DNA of 64,000 nucleotides, from NCBI GenBank assembly GCA_947501605.1, contig CANMWZ010000004.1:143349-207348 (forward strand). Direction: 5' to 3'. The stretch is from Planctomycetota bacterium. Its GTDB lineage: Bacteria > Planctomycetota > UBA1135 > UBA2386. Shown piece after piece: positions 59,482 to 64,000 of the stretch. The notes under the pieces were generated by a model, which saw only the letters and a list, made by a program, of their open reading frames with translations, was not told the DNA's origin and did not search any database. The translations under genes and the position numbers were made by a program. The first letter of the stretch is position 1. Each line of letters starts with the position of its first letter.

Positions 59482-61797
59482 ATGCACATTCGTCACTTCG
59501 GTTCGATCTGCAGTCTGCTGGTTGCCTGCATGGCGCCGACCCAGGAGCCCGCGACTTGGGACCAGCTCGATGCGCACCCAGTGCCGCAGTGGTTTCAGGA
59601 CGCCAACTTCGGGATCTTCATCCACTGGGGCGTCTACAGCGTGCCGGCCTTTTGCGACACCAGTACCTATAGCGAGTGGTACGAGCACTGGCTCGACACC
59701 AACTCGCACGATGGCTTGGTCCGGGCTTTCCACGAACGGGTCTATGGCAAGGACACGCCCTATCGCGCCTTCGCCGAGCAGTTCCGCTGCGAGCTGTGGA
59801 GTCCCGAGGACTGGGCCGCGACCTTTCGCCGGGCCGGGGCGGACTACATCGTGCTGACCAGCAAGCACCACGATGGCTTCGCGCTCTGGCCCGATGCGCA
59901 CGGCGAGCGAGTGCGTGGGTATCCGTGGAACGCCAGCACCACCGGACCAAGGCGCGACCTGGTCGGCGAACTGGCCAAGGCGGTGCGCGGGCAGGGCCTT
60001 CGCTTCGGCCTCTATTACTCGTTCCTCGAGTGGCACAACCCGCTGTTCGAGCGCTCGATCCCCGACTACGTCGACCAGCACATGATCCCGCAGGTGAAGG
60101 ACCTGATCGCGCGCTACCAGCCTGACGTGTTCTGGCCGGATGGCGAATGGGAGCACGACGACTCGGTGTGGCGGAGTCGCGAGCTGCTGCAGTGGATCCG
60201 GGCCAGCTCCGGGAATCGCGACGAGATCGTGGTCAACGACCGCTGGGGCAAAGGCAGTCGCGGCGAGCACGGTGACTACTACACGACCGAGTACGGCGGC
60301 TATGGCGGCAGCAAGACCTACGCGGGGCAGAAGCCATTCGAAGAGTGTCGCGGCATCGGCCATTCGTTCGCCTGGAATCGCGCCGAGGGCTACGACGTCT
60401 ATCTGTCGCGCACCGAGTGCGTGCGCACGCTGATCGACCTCGTGAGTCGCGGCGGCAAGCTGCTGCTCGACATCGGGCCCGCGGCCGACGGCACGATTCC
60501 GCTGCTCATGGTCGATCGGCTCTACGCCATTGGCGATTGGCTGCAGCAAAATGGCGAGTCGATCCGCGGCTGCAGCAAGAGCCCGTTCCGCAGCACACCA
60601 TGGGGTCGTGCGACGCAGAAGGGCAGCACGGTGTATCTGCACGTCTATGACTGGCCGAAGGACGGTCGCCTCGTCGTGCGCGGGCTGCAGAGCGTGGTGG
60701 AGCGCGTCCACCTTGTCCGCGATCCGCTCGCCCGCCTGCTAGCGGGCCGACGCCAGGATCCCCCCGGCAGCTTGTTCCCCGGACCTTTACCGACAGAAGC
60801 TGCGCCGTCCGCGCCGCTGGTGCCTTTGGCCCTCGGGAGTCAGTTGCTATCCGGCCTCCCGTCGTACCGCGCTCCGGACGGGGCACTGGTGATCGATGTG
60901 CAGTCGGTGCTCCCCAGCGAACATGCAACCGTGGTCGCGATCACGGTGGCAGGCGCTCCGCGCGTCGACGATGCCTGGTTTGCCGACGCGAGCGGCACGC
61001 TGTCGCTGCCAGCGAGTGGCAGTACCGTCACCGGGCCGTCGGCCAAGCTCGACCCCAAGGGCCAGCTTGCGGGCTTCCGTTCAGCCATGGACGCGGCGAC
61101 CTGGGACGCAGTGCAGCTCGAAGCCGGCATCGAGTACGACGTGCAGGTCGAAGGTCTGCTGGCTCCGGGCCAGGAAGCCCTGTCGATCCCGTGGGAACTC
61201 ACGTGGAACGGAACGGCGCAGACTGGCACGGTGCCGCCGTCGTCGACGCGCGCGAGCCTCGCGCGCATTCACGGGGACGCGCAGGGAAGCCGTGCGGCTC
61301 TGACGCTGCGGCTTGCGGCGGACATCGCCGAGCCAGGCTGGGGCGTCAGCCGGCTGCACCTCGTGCCGGTCTCTGGGCTCGCTGCGGGCATGCCGCTCGT
61401 GCAGCCTCTACTGAGGGGCATGGTGAACCAGCTCAGCGAACAGTTGCTGCAGCGCTCGCAGCTCGGCGACTCGCCGCGTTTCGGTTCGCCGGCCGAGTTG
61501 GCGAGTTCGATGTACGCGGCGAACGCGGTCCTGGTGCCGCTGAGCGGCGCTCCGATCATCGGCCGCGAGGCGATCGGCGTATATCTGATTGCGCACGCGG
61601 AGCGCTTGGTCGGCGTGCGCCAGTTCACGACCGAAGTGCGCGGCGGGCCAGGCGGGACGGTGGTGCAGTTCGGCCGCTATGCCCGCGACGAAACCAACAA
61701 GGCGAAGGACGACGCGTGGACCGGAGAGTTTGTGCGCACCTACGGCAGCGAGCGCGGCATCCTCGGTGGCATCACCAGCGAGACGTGGTGGAAATGA
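59482..61797 (+). CDS. Alpha-L-fucosidase (GH29) with extra C-terminal domains
   Basis: WFQDANFGIFIHWGVYSVP, TSKHHDGF, WPDGEW, VNDRWG and LLLDIGP; signal peptide. Confidence 0.92.
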   Translation: MHIRHFGSICSLLVACMAPTQEPATWDQLDAHPVPQWFQDANFGIFIHWGVYSVPAFCDTSTYSEWYEHWLDTNSHDGLVRAFHERVYGKDTPYRAFAEQFRCELWSPEDWAATFRRAGADYIVLTSKHHDGFALWPDAHGERVRGYPWNASTTGPRRDLVGELAKAVRGQGLRFGLYYSFLEWHNPLFERSIPDYVDQHMIPQVKDLIARYQPDVFWPDGEWEHDDSVWRSRELLQWIRASSGNRDEIVVNDRWGKGSRGEHGDYYTTEYGGYGGSKTYAGQKPFEECRGIGHSFAWNRAEGYDVYLSRTECVRTLIDLVSRGGKLLLDIGPAADGTIPLLMVDRLYAIGDWLQQNGESIRGCSKSPFRSTPWGRATQKGSTVYLHVYDWPKDGRLVVRGLQSVVERVHLVRDPLARLLAGRRQDPPGSLFPGPLPTEAAPSAPLVPLALGSQLLSGLPSYRAPDGALVIDVQSVLPSEHATVVAITVAGAPRVDDAWFADASGTLSLPASGSTVTGPSAKLDPKGQLAGFRSAMDAATWDAVQLEAGIEYDVQVEGLLAPGQEALSIPWELTWNGTAQTGTVPPSSTRASLARIHGDAQGSRAALTLRLAADIAEPGWGVSRLHLVPVSGLAAGMPLVQPLLRGMVNQLSEQLLQRSQLGDSPRFGSPAELASSMYAANAVLVPLSGAPIIGREAIGVYLIAHAERLVGVRQFTTEVRGGPGGTVVQFGRYARDETNKAKDDAWTGEFVRTYGSERGILGGITSETWWK

Positions 61798-61836
61798 GTC
61801 GCCGGCGCGGGCGCGGCTGAGGGGGGCTGACGCTGG

Positions 61837-62577
61837 TCAGCGCTTGTCGCTGTCGCCGCCGCGCGACTTCAGATAGGCCTCCCAGAACTTGCGGTACTTC
61901 TCGGGCACCTTGGGTGGGGAACCGCGGTTCTTCAAGAAGTTCACGTAGCCCTGGAGTCGGCCCCACTCCTCCTCGCCAGTTCCAGGTTGGCCCGGGGCCG
62001 AGCCGTCGTCGGGGGGGCGCTGGCCGGTGCGCTGCTCGCCCGGCTGTGGCGTTTCCTGACCGCCTTGTGGCTGGCCCTGTTGGTTCTGCGGCTGCGGCTG
62101 CGCCCCTTGCGGCTTTCCGTTCGGCTGCTCCCCCTGCGGTTGCGGGTCCTGCTGCCGCATGAACTCCGGCGTGTCGCCTTCTTGGCGCTGACCTTGGCCT
62201 TGCTGCTGTGGCTTGCCTTGGGACTGGCCTTGCTGCTGCTGCTGCTGTTGTTGCGAATCTTGCTGCTCCTGGCTCTGACTGGAGCTCTGGTTCTTCATCT
62301 GGTTGAGCTTCTCGATCAGTTGATCGATCGACTGCTCCACCGACTTGCTCTCGGTCAAGGACCGCTGCAGCGACTCCTTGGGTGCCGAACGCCCAGCACC
62401 AGCCTGCGGCTTGCTCGTCTCCAGCAGCAATCGATCGATCTCCTTCATCTGCTCGTCGATGCGACGCGCCAGTTCTTGGACCTCGCGCGCGGGGTCTTGC
62501 TGGGCGGCGGCGAAGGACAGGCACAACACCGCAGCGATGGCGCGTACGGCGAATCGAGTCACTCGTGGGGTCGTCAT
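61837..62577 (-). CDS. Secreted Gln-rich hypothetical protein
   Basis: Signal peptide, coiled coil, Q-rich linker and C-terminal WGRL...VPEKYRKFWEAY. Confidence 0.8.
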   Translation of the reverse strand: MTTPRVTRFAVRAIAAVLCLSFAAAQQDPAREVQELARRIDEQMKEIDRLLLETSKPQAGAGRSAPKESLQRSLTESKSVEQSIDQLIEKLNQMKNQSSSQSQEQQDSQQQQQQQQGQSQGKPQQQGQGQRQEGDTPEFMRQQDPQPQGEQPNGKPQGAQPQPQNQQGQPQGGQETPQPGEQRTGQRPPDDGSAPGQPGTGEEEWGRLQGYVNFLKNRGSPPKVPEKYRKFWEAYLKSRGGDSDKR

Positions 62578-62609
62578 CGACAGGTTCCTCGGTGGTTCAC
62601 TGGCATCGT

Positions 62610-64000
62610 TCACTTGGGGCGCCCGCCGCTGCCGTCGTCGCCGCCGTGCGGATCTGCGGTGTCGCCGTCCTGCTGCTGCATGCCCTGCATCGTCTCTTCC
62701 ACACCCGCTTTGATCTGCTGGAACAGCTTGGTGATTTCGCCGTGACGGTGCATCAGGCGCTCGACCAACGCGAGTTCGGCTTGACTGACGTTGTCGCCCT
62801 CGCGCAGGCTGATCAGTGTCTGCAAGTCTTGCGAGCTCGCACTCGTGTCCTTCTCCAACTGCTTCAGCATCTCGAGTTCGGCGATCAACGACACCAGCTT
62901 CTTGCGCTGCTCGTTGAACTTGTTCTCGCCCGGCTGTTTCTGCTCTTGCTGTTGCTGCTGGTCCTTCTGTTCCTGCTCGCGCCGCTTCTGTTCGCGTTCG
63001 AGCGCGGCAAGAAGATCGCGCGTGCGGCGCTCGGTGTCCTGTTGCAGCATCGTCGTGTAACGCGACGGGTCTGGGTTGCGGCCGGCGAGTCGGCGCGCGA
63101 CCTCTTGTAGGTCCTCGTGGTTGGCTTGCAGCACGGTGCGATAGACGAGGTTGCCTTCCTCCGTGAGCGCTGTGACCATGGTTTGGATCCGACTCGCCAG
63201 GCTCTGCTCCTCTTCGCTGAACTGGTTCAGCTTGCGGCGCGACGGGCGCGACAGGTTGCCGGACTCGGCCTCCTTCTGCAGTGCGATCGTCTCCAGCGTC
63301 ATCGGCTGCTGTTTTTCGAGGAAGCCAGTCAGCTCCTCCTTCATGCGGAACAGCAGTTCTTCTTGGCGTTGGTCGAGGTAGCGGTCGCGCTCTTCCTCGA
63401 GTTCCTTCGCGGCTTCCTCGAGCTTCTGCTTGGTCTGCTCCTGTTGCTGCTGCGATTCCTCTTCGTCGCCCTGCTGCATCGCCTGCTGAGCCTTGCGCGC
63501 GGACTCGGCGGCCTCTTCGAGCGAACGGCGTGCTTCAGGATTCTTGCGTTGCTTCGCTTCCTCGGCGAGCCGGAGGATCTCCTCCTCGAGGTTCTTCTGC
63601 TGCTCGGCTAGGTCCTTCATCGCCTGCTGCTGTTCTGGCCCAGGCTTCTGGTTCTGCTTCATCGCCTGCTGCGCCTGCTGGAGGGCCTGGGTTGCATCCC
63701 GCTGCTGCTGACTCGCAGTCGACTGCTGGCCTTGCTGCAAGGACTGCTCGGCACGTGCCATTGCCTCCTCCGCGCGCTGCACCTGCTCGGTCGCGGCCTT
63801 TGCTTGCTTCTCGTCGATCGCCCCGCGCTGTTGGGCTTGCTGCATGCCCTGCTTGGCCTGTCCTGTCCGTTGACGCAGCTCCTGCTGCCGCTCCTTGGCC
63901 TGCGCCATCTCGGCGGCGCGGTCGCTGCCGGATTCCTTCAGGGCCTCTTCGAGCGTCGCCTTGGCTTCTTCGAGTGCCTGCCGCGACTGCTCCAGTTGCG
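62610..64000 (-). CDS. Long Gln/Glu-rich coiled-coil protein (DUF4175-like), 5' end outside window
   Basis: Frame is open to the window end; repeated A..AM..A...L...Q..A...L helices. Confidence 0.8.
   Translation of the reverse strand, partial: QLEQSRQALEEAKATLEEALKESGSDRAAEMAQAKERQQELRQRTGQAKQGMQQAQQRGAIDEKQAKAATEQVQRAEEAMARAEQSLQQGQQSTASQQQRDATQALQQAQQAMKQNQKPGPEQQQAMKDLAEQQKNLEEEILRLAEEAKQRKNPEARRSLEEAAESARKAQQAMQQGDEEESQQQQEQTKQKLEEAAKELEEERDRYLDQRQEELLFRMKEELTGFLEKQQPMTLETIALQKEAESGNLSRPSRRKLNQFSEEEQSLASRIQTMVTALTEEGNLVYRTVLQANHEDLQEVARRLAGRNPDPSRYTTMLQQDTERRTRDLLAALEREQKRREQEQKDQQQQQEQKQPGENKFNEQRKKLVSLIAELEMLKQLEKDTSASSQDLQTLISLREGDNVSQAELALVERLMHRHGEITKLFQQIKAGVEETMQGMQQQDGDTADPHGGDDGSGGRPK

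Noticed and set aside
58939..60711. 590-aa parvulin fusion
   Set aside because: The upstream part is antisense to the fucosidase; the lipoprotein signal begins at ATG 59394.
61987..62745. Leu-rich plus-strand ORF resembling a membrane protein
   Set aside because: The poly-Leu arises from the reverse complement of CAG (Gln) codons in the minus-strand gene.

Overview
High-GC bacterial chromosomal segment, probably from an uncultured Planctomycetota lineage (inferred from protein types, not proven). Left to right it carries: (1) a minus-strand methionine operon (metB, an ACT-less aspartokinase/homoserine dehydrogenase, and a metC-like gene running off the left end) preceded by a divergent SAM-I-like riboswitch; (2) a lower-GC three-gene islet (DUF5678-like protein, retropepsin-like aspartic protease, membrane-anchored protein); (3) housekeeping genes (GT9, sugar kinase, arfB, HDOD, sthA, ChaN-like, SDR, CDF, GT4, IGHMBP2-like helicase) interspersed with three proteins that appear to share an unnamed C-terminal domain; (4) a nine-gene chemosensory operon (cheA-cheW-Aer2-like MCP-cheY-cheR-cheX-cheB-cheX-cheY); (5) a ~21 kb surface-glycan locus with GT39, GT2 and GT4 enzymes, a sulfotransferase, a 1577-aa SPASM-like/GT2/coiled-coil/GT4 fusion, Bacteroidota-like galE and uxs, and methyltransferases; (6) a VPS10/BNR protein, cstA, a mutarotase, a parvulin, a GH29 fucosidase and Gln-rich coiled-coil genes running off the right end. 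I saw no rRNA, tRNA, CRISPR array, integrase or transposase. The best novelty candidates are the shared C-terminal domain, the protease islet and the giant glycosyltransferase fusion. All calls come from motif recognition by eye; no database searches were run.
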